Origin: Eledone cirrhosa
Taxonomy: Eukaryota
Assembly (NCBI GenBank): GCA_964016885.1
Contig: OZ024762.1
Location: 29,264,001-29,328,000 of the forward strand
DNA length: 64,000 nucleotides
Direction of reading: 5' to 3'
Shown here: in pieces, positions 1 through 14,704 of the stretch
How positions within the stretch are numbered: the stretch's first letter is position 1
Layout: each line of letters starts with the position of its first letter
Made by a program: the position numbers and the translations under genes
The notes under the pieces: generated by a model
What the model was told of the DNA's origin: nothing
Seen by the model: only the letters and a program-made list of their open reading frames with translations
Database searches by the model: none

Positions 1-3000
1 CAAGTTTCTCTCTCAATACATCACATGTCCATACCATCGCAGCCTTCTCTCCCACACACCACAACTTATCCCTGTTATACACAGTTTCACACTCATCACA
101 TCACATGTCCATACCACCTCAGTCATCTCTCCCACACACCACAACTTATCCCTCTTATACCTAGTTACTCTCTCAACTCATCACATGTCCATACCATCGC
201 AGCCTTCTCTCCCACACACCACAACTTATCCCTCTTATACCTAGTTTCTCTCTCAACTCATCACATATCCATTCCATCTCAGTCTTCTCTCCCACACACC
301 ATAACTTATCCCTCTGATACACAGTTTCTCTCTCAACTCATCACATGTCCATACCACCTCAGTCTTCTCTCCCACACACCACAACTTATCCCTCTTATAC
401 CCAGTTTCTCTCTCAACTCATCACATGTCCATACCATCTCAGTCTTCTCTCCCACACACCACAACTTATCCCTCTTATACCCAGTTTCTCTCTCAACTCA
501 TCACATGTCCATACCATCTCAGTCTTCTCTCCCACACACTACAACTTATCCTTCTTATACACAGTTTCTCTCTCAACACATCACATGTCCATACCACCTC
601 AGTCATCTCTCACACACACCACAACTTATCCCTCTTATACCCAGTTTCTTTCTCAACACATCACATGTCCATACCACCTCAGTCATCTCTCCCACACACC
701 ACAACTTATCCCTCTTATACCCAGTTTCTCTCTCAACTCATCACATGTCCATACCATCTCAGTCTTCTCTCCCACACACTACAACTTATCCCTCTTATAC
801 ACAGTTTCTCTCTCAACGCATCACATGTCCATACCACCTCAGTCTTCTCTCCCACACACCACAACTTATCCCTCTTATACACAGTTTCTCTCTCAACACA
901 AAATGTCCATACCATCTCAGTCATCTCTCTCACACACTACGACTTATCCCTCTTATACACAGTTTCTCTCTCAACTCATCACATGTCCATTCCATCTCAG
1001 TCTTCTCTCCCACACACCACAACTTATCCCTCTTATACCCAGTTTCTCTCTCAACACATCACATGTCCATACCACCTCAGTCATCTCTCCCACACACCAC
1101 AACTTATCCCTCTTATACACAGTTTCTCTCTCAACACAAAATGTCCATACCATCTCAGTCTTCTCTCCCACACACCACAACTTATCCCTCTTATACACAG
1201 TTTCTCTCACAACTCATCACATGTCCATACCATCTCAGTCTTCTCTCCCACACACTACAACTTATCCCTCTTATACCCAGTTTCTCTCTCAACTCATCAC
1301 ATGTCCATTCCATCTCAGTCTTCTCTCCCACACACCACAACTTATCCCTCTTATACACAGTTTCTCTCTCAACACATCACATGTCCAAACCATCTCAGTC
1401 TTCTCCCCCACACACTACAACTTATCCCTCTTATACACAGTTTCTCTATCAACACATCACATGTCCATACCACCTCAGTCTTCTCTCCTGTACACTACAA
1501 CTTATCCCTCTTATACACAGTTTCTCTCTCAACACATCACATGTCCATTCCATCTCAGTCTTCTCTTCCACACACCACAACTTATCCCTCTGATACACAG
1601 TTTCTCTCTCAACTCATCACATGTCCATACCACCTCAGTCTTCTCTCCCACACACCACAACTTATCCCTCTTATACCCAGTTTCTCTCTCAACTCATCAC
1701 ATGTCCATACCATCTCAGTCTTCTCTCCCACACACCACAACTTATCCCTCTTATACCCAGTTTCTCTCTCAACTCATCACATGTCCATACCATCTCAGTC
1801 TTCTCTCCCACACACTACAACTTATCCCTCTTATACACAGTTTCTCTCTCAACACATCACATGTCCATACCACCTCAGTCATCTCTCACACACACCACAA
1901 CTTATCCCTCTTATACCCAGTTTATTTCTCAACACATCACACGTCCATACCACCTCAGTCATCTCTCCCACACACCACAACTTATCCCTCTTATACCCAG
2001 TTTCTCTTTCAACTCATCACATGTCCATACCATCTCAGTCTTCTCTCCCACACACTACAACTTATCCCTCTTATACACAGTTTCTCTCTCAACGCATCAC
2101 ATGTCCATACCAGCTCAGTGATCTCTCCCACACACCACAACTTATCCCTCTTATACACAGTTTCTCTCTCAACACATCACATATCCATACCACCTCAGTC
2201 TTCTCTCCCACACACCACAACTTATCCCTCTTATACACAGTTTCTCTCTCAACACAAAATGTCCATACCATCTCAGTCATCTCTCTCACACACTACGACT
2301 TATCCCTCTTATACACAGTTTCTCTCTCAACTCATCACATGTCCATTCCATCTCAGTCTTCTCTCCCACACACCACAACTTATCTCTCTTATACCCAGTT
2401 TCTCTCTCAAGACATCACATGTCCATACCACCTCAGTCATCTCTCCCACACACCACAACTTATCCCTCTTATACACAGTATCTCTCTCAACACAAAATGT
2501 CCATACCATCTCAGTCATCTCTCTCACACACTACGACTTATCCCTCTTATACACAGTTTCTCTCTCAACTCATCACATGTCCATTCCATCTCAGTCTTCT
2601 CTCCCACACACCACAACTTATCCCTCTTATACCCAGTTTCTCTCTCAACACATCACATGTGCATACCATCTCAATCTTCTCTCCCACACACCACAACTTA
2701 TCCCTCTTATACACAGTTAATCTCTCAACACATCACATGACCATACCACCTCAGTCATCTCTCTCACACACCACAACTTATCCCTCTTATACCCAGTTTC
2801 TCTCTCAACACATCACATGTCCATACCACCTCAGTCTTCTCTCCCACACACCACAACTTATCCCTCTTATACACAGTTTCTCTCTCAACACATCACATGT
2901 CCATACCACCTCAGTCATCTCTCCCACACACCACGACTTATCCCTCTTATACACAGTTTCTCTCTCAACACATCACATGTCCATACCACCTCAGTCATCT

Positions 3001-6000
3001 CTCCCACACACCACAACTTATCCCTCTTATACACAGTTTCTCTCTCAACACATCACATGTCCATTCCATCTCAGTCTTCTCTCCCACACACTACAACTTA
3101 TCCCTCTGATACCCAGTTTCTCTCTCAACACATCACATGTCCATACCATCTCAGTCTTCTCTCCCACACACTACAACTTATCCCTCTTATACACAGTTTC
3201 TCTCTCAACACATCACATGTCCATACCATCTCAGTCTTCTCTCCCACACACCACAACTTATCCCTCTGATACAGAGTTTCTCTCTCAACACGTCACATGT
3301 CCATACCATCTCAGTCTTCTCTCCCACACACCACAACTTATCCCTCTTATACACAGTTTCTCTCTCAACACATCACATGTACATACCATCCCAGTCTTCT
3401 CCTCCGCTCACTACAACTTATCATTCTGATACACAGTTTCTCTCCCACACACCACAACTTATCCCTCTTATACACAGTTTCTCTCTCAACACATCACATG
3501 TACATACCATCTTAGTCTTCTCTCGCACAAACCACAATTTATCCCTCTTATACCCAGTTTCTCTCTCAACACATCACATGTCCATACCATCTCAGTCTTC
3601 TCTCCCACACATTACAACTTATGCCTCTTATACGCAGTTTCACACTCAACACATCACATGTCCATACCATCGCACCCTTCTCTCCCACACACCACAACTT
3701 ATCCCTCTTATACCAAGTTTCTCTCTCAATACATCACATGTCCATACCATCGCAGCCTTCTCTCCCACACACCACAACTTATCCCTGTTATACACAGTTT
3801 CACACTCATCACATCACATGTCCATACCACCTCAGTCATCTCTCCCACACACCACAACTTATCCCTCTTATACCTAGTTACTCTCTCAACTCATCACATG
3901 TCCATACCATCGCAGCCTTCTCTCCCACACACCACAACTTATCCCTCTTATACCTAGTTTCTCTCTCAACTCATCACATATCCATTCCATCTCAGTCTTC
4001 TCTCCCACACACCATAACTTATCCCTCTGATACACAGTTTCTCTCTCAACTCATCACATGTCCATACCACCTCAGTCTTCTCTCCCACACACCACAACTT
4101 ATCCCTCTTATACCCAGTTTCTCTCTCAACTCATCACATGTCCATACCATCTCAGTCTTCTCTCCCACACACCACAACTTATCCCTCTTATACCCAGTTT
4201 CTCTCTCAACTCATCACATGTCCATACCATCTCAGTCTTCTCTCCCACACACTACAACTTATCCTTCTTATACACAGTTTCTCTCTCAACACATCACATG
4301 TCCATACCACCTCAGTCATCTCTCACACACACCACAACTTATCCCTCTTATACCCAGTTTCTTTCTCAACACATCACATGTCCATACCACCTCAGTCATC
4401 TCTCCCACACACCACAACTTATCCCTCTTATACCCAGTTTCTCTCTCAACTCATCACATGTCCATACCATCTCAGTCTTCTCTCCCACACACTACAACTT
4501 ATCCCTCTTATACACAGTTTCTCTCTCAACGCATCACATGTCCATACCACCTCAGTCTTCTCTCCCACACACCACAACTTATCCCTCTTATACACAGTTT
4601 CTCTCTCAACACAAAATGTCCATACCATCTCAGTCATCTCTCTCACACACTACGACTTATCCCTCTTATACACAGTTTCTCTCTCAACTCATCACATGTC
4701 CATTCCATCTCAGTCTTCTCTCCCACACACCACAACTTATCCCTCTTATACCCAGTTTCTCTCTCAACACATCACATGTCCATACCACCTCAGTCATCTC
4801 TCCCACACACCACAACTTATCCCTCTTATACACAGTTTCTCTCTCAACACAAAATGTCCATACCATCTCAGTCTTCTCTCCCACACACCACAACTTATCC
4901 CTCTTATACACAGTTTCTCTCACAACTCATCACATGTCCATACCATCTCAGTCTTCTCTCCCACACACTACAACTTATCCCTCTTATACCCAGATTCTCT
5001 CTCAACTCATCACATGTCCATTCCATCTCAGTCTTCTCTCCCACACACCACAACTTATCCCTCTTATACACAGTTTCTCTCTCAACACATCACATGTCCA
5101 AACCATCTCAGTCTTCTCCCCCACACACTACAACTTATCCCTCTTATACACAGTTTCTCTATCAACACATCACATGTCCATACCACCTCAGTCTTCTCTC
5201 CTGTACACTACAACTTATCCCTCTTATACACAGTTTCTCTCTCAACACATCACATGTCCATTCCATCTCAGTCTTCTCTTCCACACACCACAACTTATCC
5301 CTCTGATACACAGTTTCTCTCTCAACTCATCACATGTCCATACCACCTCAGTCTTCTCTCCCACACACCACAACTTATCCCTCTTATACCCAGTTTCTCT
5401 CTCAACTCATCACATGTCCATACCATCTCAGTCTTCTCTCCCACACACCACAACTTATCCCTCTTATACCCAGTTTCTCTCTCAACTCATCACATGTCCA
5501 TACCATCTCAGTCTTCTCTCCCACACACTACAACTTATCCCTCTTATACACAGTTTCTCTCTCAACACATCACATGTCCATACCACCTCAGTCATCTCTC
5601 ACACACACCACAACTTATCCCTCTTATACCCAGTTTATTTCTCAACACGTCACACGTCCATACCACCTCAGTCATCTCTCCCACACACCACAACTTATCC
5701 CTCTTATACCCAGTTTCTCTCTCAACTCATCACATGTCCATACCATCTCAGTCTTCTCTCCCACACACTACAACTTATCCCTCTTATACACAGTTTCTCT
5801 CTCAACGCATCACATGTCCATACCAGCTCAGTGATCTCTCCCACACACCACAACTTATCCCTCTTATACACAGTTTCTCTCTCAACACATCACATATCCA
5901 TACCACCTCAGTCTTCTCTCCCACACACCACAACTTATCCCTCTTATACACAGTTTCTCTCTCAACACAAAATGTCCATACCATCTCAGTCATCTCTCTC

Positions 6001-7400
6001 ACACACTACGACTTATCCCTCTTATACACAGTTTCTCTCTCAACTCATCACATGTCCATTCCATCTCAGTCTTCTCTCCCACACACCACAACTTATCTCT
6101 CTTATACCCAGTTTCTCTCTCAACACATCACATGTCCATACCACCTCAGTCATCTCTCCCACACACCACAACTTATCCCTCTTATACACAGTATCTCTCT
6201 CAACACAAAATGTCCATACCATCTCAGTCATCTCTCTCACACACTACGACTTATCCCTCTTATACACAGTTTCTCTCTCAACTCATCACATGTCCATTCC
6301 ATCTCAGTCTTCTCTCCCACACACCACAACTTATCCCTCTTATACCCAGTTTCTCTCTCAACACATCACATGTGCATACCATCTCAATCTTCTCTCCCAC
6401 ACACCACAACTTATCCCTCTTATACACAGTTAATCTCTCAACACATCACATGACCATACCACCTCAGTCATCTCTCTCACACACCACAACTTATCCCTCT
6501 TATACCCAGTTTCTCTCTCAACACATCACATGTCCATACCACCTCAGTCTTCTCTCCCACACACCACAACTTATCCCTCTTATACACAGTTTCTCTCTCA
6601 ACACATCACTTGTCCATACCACCTCAGTCATCTCTCCCACACACCACAACTTATCCCTCTTATACATAGTTTCTCTCTCAACACATCACATGTCCATTCC
6701 ATCTCAGTCTTCTCTCCCACACACTACAACTTATCCCTCTGATACCCAGTTTCTCTCTCAACACATCACATGTCCATACCATCTCAGTCTTCTCTCCCAC
6801 ACACCACAACTTATCCCTCTTATACAGAGTTTCTCTCTCAACACGTCACATGTCCATACCATCTCAGTCTTCTCTCCCACACACCACAACTTATCCCTCT
6901 TATACCCAGTTTCTCCCTCAACACATCACATGTCCATACCATCCCAGTCTTCTCCTCCGCTCACTACAACTTATCCTTCTGATACACAGTTTCTCTCCCA
7001 CACACCACAACTTATCCCTCTTATACACAGTTTCTCTCTCAACACATCACATGTACATACCATCTTAGTCTTCTCTCGCACAAACCACAATTTATCCCTG
7101 TTATACCCAGTTTCTCTCTCAACTCATCACATGTCCATACCATCTCAGTCTTCTCTCCCACACATTACAACTTATGCCTCTTATACGCAGTTTCACACTC
7201 AACACATCACATGTCCATACCATCGCAGCCTTCTCTCCCACACACCACAACTTATCCCTCTTATACCCAGTTTCTCTCTCAATACATCACATGTCCATAC
7301 CATCGCAGCCTTCTCTCCCACACACCACAACTTATCCCTGTTACACACAGTTTCACACTCATCACATCACATGTCCATACCATCGCAGCCTTCTCTCCCA
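1..7400. repeat. Higher-order tandem duplication in satellite A, period 3713 bp (47 monomers)
   Basis: Near-identical ORF pairs are offset by exactly 3713 (345/4058, 425/4138, 733/4446, 1621/5334, 2089/5802). Rare variants are shared (CCTGTAC ~1488/~5201; CAGCTCAGTG 2111/5824). 47x80 - 4x2 - 39 = 3713. Confidence 0.93.
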
Positions 7401-10400
7401 CACACCACAACTTATCCCTCTTATAGCCAGTTTCTCTCTCAACATATCACATGTCCATACCATCTCAGTCTTCTCTCCCACACACTACAACTTATCAATC
7501 TGATACCCAGTTTCTCTCTCAACACATCACATGTCCATACCATCTCAGTCTTCTCTCCCACACACTACAACTTATCCCTCTTATACACAGTTTCACTCTC
7601 AACACATCATATGTCCATACCATCTCAGTCTTCTCTCCCACACACCACAACTTATCCCTCTTATACACAGTTTCTCCCTCAACACGTCACATGTCCATAC
7701 CATCTCAGTCTTCTCTCCCACACACCACAACTTACCCCTCTTATACCCAGTTTCTCCCTGAACACATCACATGTCCATACCATCTCAGTCTTCTCTCCCA
7801 CACACTACAACTTATCCCTCTTATACACAGTTTCTCTCTCAACGCATCACCTGTCCATTCCATCTCAGTCTTCTCTCCCACACACCACAACTTATCCCTC
7901 TTATACACAATTTCTCTCTCAACTCATCACATGTCCATACCATCTCAGTCTTCTCTCCCACACACCACGACTTATCCCTCTTATACACAGTTTCTCTCTC
8001 AACACATCACATGTCCATAGCATCTCAGTCATCTCTCTCACACACTACTACTTATCCCTCTTATACACAGTTTCTCTCTCAACACATCACATGTCCATTC
8101 CATCTCAGTCTTCTCTCCCACACACCACAACTTATCCCTCTTATACCCAGTTTCTCTCTCAACACATCACATGTCCATACCACCTCAGTCGTCTCTCCCA
8201 CACACCACAACTTATCCCTCTTATACACAGTTTCTCTCTCAACTCATCACATGTCCATACCACCTCAGTCATCTCTCCCACACACCACAACTTATCCCTC
8301 TCATACACAGTTTCTCTCTCAACACATCACATGTCCATACCATCTCAATCTTCTCTCCCACACACCACAACTTATCCCTCTTATACACAGTTTCTCTCTC
8401 AACACATCACATGTCCATACCACCTCAGTCTTCTCTCCCACACACCACAACTTATCCCTCTTATACACAGTTTCTCTCTGAACACATCACATGTCCATAC
8501 CACCTCAGTCATCTCTCCCACACACCACAACTTATCCCTCTTATACACAGTTTCTCTCTCAACACATCACATGTCCATACCATCTCAATCTTCTCTCCCA
8601 CACACCACAACTTATCCCTCTTATACACAGTTTCTCTCTCAACACATCACATGTCCATACCACCTCAGTCATCTCTCCCACACACCACAACTTATCCCTC
8701 TTATACACAGTTTCTCTCTCAACACATCACATGTCCATTCCATCTCAGTCTTCTCTCCCACACACTACAACTTATCCCTCTGATACCCAGTTTCTCTCTC
8801 AACACATCACATGTCCATACCATCTCAGTCTTCTCTCCCACACACTACAACTTATCCCTCTTATACACAGTTTCTCTCTCAACACATCACATGTCCATAC
8901 CATCTCAGTCTTCTCTCCCACACACCACAACTTATCCCTCTGATACACAGTTTCTCCCTCAACACATCACATGTCCATACCATCCCAGTCTTCTCCTCCG
9001 CTCACTACAACTTATCCTTCTGATACACAGTTTCTCTCCCACACACCACAACTTATCCCTCTTATACACAGTTTCTCTCTCAACACATCACATGTATATA
9101 CCATCTTAGTCTTCTCTCGCACAAACCACAATTTATCCCTCTTATACACAGTTTCTCTCTCAACACATCACATGTCCATACCATCTCAGTCTTCTCTCCC
9201 ACACATTACAACTTATGCCTCTTATACGCAGTTTCACACTCAACACATCACATGTCCATACCATCGCAGCCTTCTCTCCCACACACCACAACTTATCCCT
9301 CTTATACCAAGTTTCTCTCTCAATACATCACATGTCCATACCATCGCAGCCTTCTCTCCCACACACCACAACTTATCCCTGTTATACACTGTTTCACACT
9401 CATCACATCACATGTCCATACCACCTCAGTCATCTCTCCCACACACCACAACTTATCCCTCTTATACCTAGTTTCTCTCTCAACTCATCACATGTCCATA
9501 CCATCGCAGCCTTCTCTCCCACACACCACAACTTATCCCTCTTATACCCAGTTTCTCTCTCAACATATCACATGTCCATACCATCTCAGTCTTCTCTCCC
9601 ACACACTACAACTTATCAATCTGATACCCAGTTTCTCTCTCAACACATCACATGTCCATACCATCTCAGTCTTCTCTCCCACACACTACAACTTATCCCT
9701 CTTATACACAGTTTCTCTTTCAACACATCATATGTCCATACCATCTCAGTCTTCTCTCCCACACACCACAACTTATCCCTCTTATACAGAGTTTCTCCCT
9801 CAACACGTCACATGTCCATACCATCTCAGTCTTCTCTCCCACACACCACAACTTACCCCTCTTATACCCAGTTTCTTCCTGAACACATCACATGTCCATA
9901 CCATCTCAGTCTTCTCTCCCAAACACTACAACTTATCCCTCTTATACACAGTTTCTCTCTCAACTCATCAAATGTCCATACCATCTCAGTCTTCTCTCCC
10001 ACACACCACAACTTATCACTCTTATACACAGTTTCTCTCTCAACTCATCAAATGTCCATACCATCTCAGTCTTCTCTCCCACACACCACCACTTATCCCT
10101 CTTATACACAGTTTCTCTCTCAACACATCACATGTCCGTACCATCTCAGTCTTCTCTCCCACACACCACAACTTATCCCTCTTATACCCAGTTTCTCCCT
10201 CAACACATCACATGTCCATACCATCCCTGTCTTCTCCTCCGCTCACTACAACTTATCCTTCTGATACACAGTTTCTCTCCCACACACCACAACTTATCCC
10301 TCTTATACACAGTTTCTCTCTCAACACATCACATGTACATACCATCTTAGTCTTCTCTCGCACAAACCACAATTTATCCCTGTTATACCCAGTTTCTCTC

Positions 10401-13400
10401 TCAACTCATCACATGTCCATACCATCTCAGTCTTCTCTCCCACACATTACAACTTATGCCTCTTATACGCAGTTTCACACTCAACACATCACATGTCCAT
10501 ACCATCGCAGCCTTCTCTCCCACACACCACAACTTATCCCTCTTATACCCAGTTTCTCTCTCAATACATCACATGTCCATACCATCGCAGCCTTCTCTCC
10601 CACACACCACAACTTATCCCTGTTACACACAGTTTCACACTCATCACATCACATGTCCATACCATCGCAGCCTTCTCTCCCACACACCACAACTTATCCC
10701 TCTTATACCCAGTTTCTCTCTCAATATATCACATGTCCATACCATCTCAGTCTTCTCTCCCACACACTACAACTTATCAATCTGATACCCAGTTTCTCTC
10801 TCAACACATCACATGTCCATACCATCTCAGTCTTCTCTCCCACACACTACAACTTATCCCTCTTATACACAGTTTCTCTCTCAACACATCATATGTCCAT
10901 ACCATCTCAGTCTTCTCTCCCACACACCACAACTTATCCCTCTTATACACAGTTTCTCCCTCAACACGTCACATGTCCATACCATCTCAGTCTTCTCTCC
11001 CACACACCACAACTTATCCCTCTTATACACAATTTCTCTCTCAACTCATCACATGTCCATACCATCTCGGTCTTCTCTCCCACACAACACGACTTATCCC
11101 TCTTATACACAGTTTCTCTCTCAACACATCACATGTCCATAGTATCTCAGTCATCTCTCTCACACACTACGACTTATCCCTCTTATACACAGTTTCTCTC
11201 TCAACACATCACATGTCCATACCACCTCAGTCTTCTCTCCCACACACCACAACTTATCCCTCTTATACACAGTTTCTCTCTGAACACATCACATGTCCAT
11301 ACCACCTCAGTCATCTCTCCCACACACCACAACTTATCCCTCTTATACACAGTTTCTCTCTCAACACATCACATGTCCATACCATCTCAATCTTCTCTCC
11401 CACACACCACAACTTATCCCTCTTATACACAGTTAATCTCTCAACACATCACATGACCATACCACCTCAGTCATCTCTCTCACACACCACAACTTATCCC
11501 TCTTATACCCAGTTTCTCTCTTAACACATCACATGTCCATACCACCTCAGTCTTCTCTCCCACACACCACAACTTATCCCTCTTATACACAGTTTCTCTC
11601 TCAACACATCACATGTCCATACCACCTCAGTCATCTCTCCCACACACCACAACTTATCCCTCTTATACACAGTTTCTCTCTCAACACATCACATGTCCAT
11701 TCCATCTCAGTCTTCTCCTCCGCTCACTACAACTTATCCTTCTGATACACAGTTTCTCTCCCACACACCACAACTTATCCCTCTTATACACAGTTTCTCT
11801 CTCAACACATCACATGTACATACCATCGTAGTCTTCTCTCGCACAAACCACAATTTATCCCTCTTATACCCAGTTTCTCTCTCAACACATCACATGTCCA
11901 TACCATCTCAGTCTTCTCTCCCACACATTACAACTTATGCCTCTTATACGCAGTTTCACACTCAACACATCACATGTCCATACCATCGCAGCCTTCTCTC
12001 CCACACACCACAACTTATCCCTCTTATACCAAGTTTCTCTCTCAATACATCACATGTCCATACCATCGCAGCCTTCTCTCCTACAGACCACAACTTATCC
12101 CTGTTATACACAGTTTCACACTCATCACATCACATGTCCATACCACCTCAGTCATCTCTCCCACACACCACAACTTATCCCTCTTATACACAGTTTCTCT
12201 CTCAACACATCATATGTCCATACCATCTCAGTCTTCTCTCCCACACACCACAACTTATCCCTCTTATACAGAGTTTCTCCCTCAACACGTCACATGTCCA
12301 TACCATCTCAGTCTTCTCTCCCACACACCACAACTTACCCCTCTTATACCCAGTTTCTCCCTGAACACATCACATGTCCATACCATCTCAGTCTTCTCTC
12401 CCAAACACTACAACTTATCCCTCTTATACACAGTTTCTCTCTCAACTCATCAAATGTCCATACCATCTCAGTCTTCTCTCCCACACACCACAACTTATCA
12501 CTCTTATACACAGTTTCTCTCTCAACTCATCAAATGTCCATACCATCTCAGTCTTCTCTCCCACACACCACCACTTATCCCTCTTATACACAGTTTCTCT
12601 CTCAACACATCACATGTCCATACCATCTCAGGCTTCTCTCCCACACACTACAACTTATCCCTCTTATACACAGTTTCTCTCTCAACACATCACATGTCCA
12701 TACCATCTCAGTCTTCTCTCCCACACACTACAACTTATCCCTCTTATACACAGTTTCTCTCTCAACACATCACATGTCCATACCATCTCAGTGTCTTCTC
12801 CCACACACTACAACTTATCCCTCTTATACACAGTTTCTCTCTCAACACATCACATGTCCATACCATCTCAGTCTTCTCTCCCACACACCACAACTTATCC
12901 CTCTTATACACAGTTTCTCTCTCAATACATCACATGTCCATACCATCTCAGTCTTCTCTCCCACACACTACAACTTATCCCTCTTATACACAGTTTCTCT
13001 CTCAACACATCACATGTCCATACCATCTCAGTCTTCTCTCCCACACACCACAACTTATCCCTCTTATACACAGTTTCTCTCTCAATACATCATATGTCCA
13101 TACTATCTCAGTTTTCTCTCCCACACACGACAACTTATCCCTCTTATACCCAGTTTCTCTCTCAACACATCACATGTCCATACCATCTCAGTGTCTTCTC
13201 CCACACACTACAACTTATCCCTCTTATACACAGTTTCTCTCTCAACACATCACATGTCCATACCATCTCAGTCTTCTCTCCCACACACCACAACTTATCC
13301 CTCTTATACACAGTTTCTCTCTCAACACATCACATGTCCATACCATCTCAGTCTTCTCTCCCAATCACTACAACTTATCCCTCTTATACACAGTTAATCT

Positions 13401-14704
13401 CTCAACACATCACATGTCCATGCCATCTCAGTCTTCTCTCCCACTCACTACAACTGATCCCTCTTATACACAGTTAATCTCTCAACACATCACATGTCCA
13501 TACCATCTCAGTTTTCTCTCCCACTCACTACAACTTATCCCTCTTATACACAGTTTCTCTCTCAACACATCACATGACCATACCATCTCAGTCTTCTCTC
13601 CCACACACAACAACTTATCCCTCTTATACCCAGTTTCTCCCTCAACACATCACATGTCCATACCATCTCAGTCTTCTCTCCCACATACTACAACTTATCC
13701 CTCTTATACACAGTTTCTCTCTCAACGCATCACATGTCCATTCCATCTCAGTCTTCTCTCCCACACACTACAACTGATCCCTCTTATACACAGTTTCTCT
13801 CTCAACACATCACATGTCCATTCCATCTCAGTCTTCTCTCCCACACACCACAAATTATCCCTCTTATACACAGTTAATCTCTTAACACATCACATGTCCA
13901 TACCATCTCAGTCTTCTCTCCCACAGACCACAATTTATCCCTCTTATACACAGTTAATCTCTTAACTCATCACATATCCATACCATCTCAGTCTTCTCTA
14001 CCACACACCACAACTTATCCCTCTTATACACAGTTTCTCTCTCAACACATCACATGTCCATACCATCACAGTCTTCTCTCCCACACACTACAACTGACCC
14101 CTCTTATACACAGTTTCTCTCTCAACACATCACATGTCCATACCATCTCAGTCTTCTCTCCCACACACTACAACTGATCCCCCTTATACACAGTTTCTCT
14201 CTCAACACATCACATGTCCATACCATCTCAGTCTTCTCTCCCACACATTACAACTTATGCCTCTTATACGCAGTTTCACACTCAACACATCACATGTCCA
14301 TACCATCGCAGCCTTCTCTCCCACACACCACAACTTATCCCTCTTATACCCAGTTTCTCTCTCAATACATCACATGTCCATACCATCGCAGCCTTCTCTC
14401 CCACACACCACAACTTATCCCTGTTATACAGTTTCACACTCATCACATCACATGTCCATACCATCGCAGCCTTCTCTCCCACACACCACAACTTATCCCT
14501 CTTATACCCAGTTTCTCTCTCAACATATCACATGTCCATACCATCTCAGTCTTCTCTCCCACACACTACAACTTATCAATCTGATACCCAGTTTCTCTCT
14601 CAACACATCACATGTCCATACCATCTCAGTCTTCTCTCCCACACACTACAACTTATCCCTCTTATACACAGTTTCTCTCTCAACACATCATATGTCCATA
14701 CCAT
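1..14704. repeat. Tandem satellite A, 80-bp monomer (~185 copies, truncated by the left window edge)
   Basis: Consensus ACATGTCCATACCATCTCAGTCTTCTCTCCCACACACCACAACTTATCCCTCTTATACACAGTTTCTCTCTCAACACATC recurs every 80 bp (e.g. ATGTCC at 25, 105, 185). Units differ by a few recurrent substitutions. 78-bp and 41-bp variant units occur. The + strand is very G-poor. Confidence 0.99.
1..14704 (-). mobile_element. Satellite A monomer is a probable 80-bp relic of an RTE-clade non-LTR retrotransposon ORF (region C-terminal to RT); not an intact element
   Basis: The minus strand of each unit reads DVLREKL(C/G)IRGISCGVWERRLRWYGHVM (see ORFs 733..933, 971..1210, 14282..14491). RLRW[YF]GHV is a motif I recognise from RTE-like LINE ORFs. 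No RT or endonuclease core, UTR or tail is present. The assignment is by motif recognition, not a database search. Confidence 0.65.

Noticed and set aside
733-14491. Short minus-strand ORFs as a functional retrotransposon gene
   Set aside because: Only ~27 codons of LINE-like sequence occur per unit. The frame breaks at unit boundaries, and the common GTCATC variant creates an in-frame TGA. No RT or endonuclease core.
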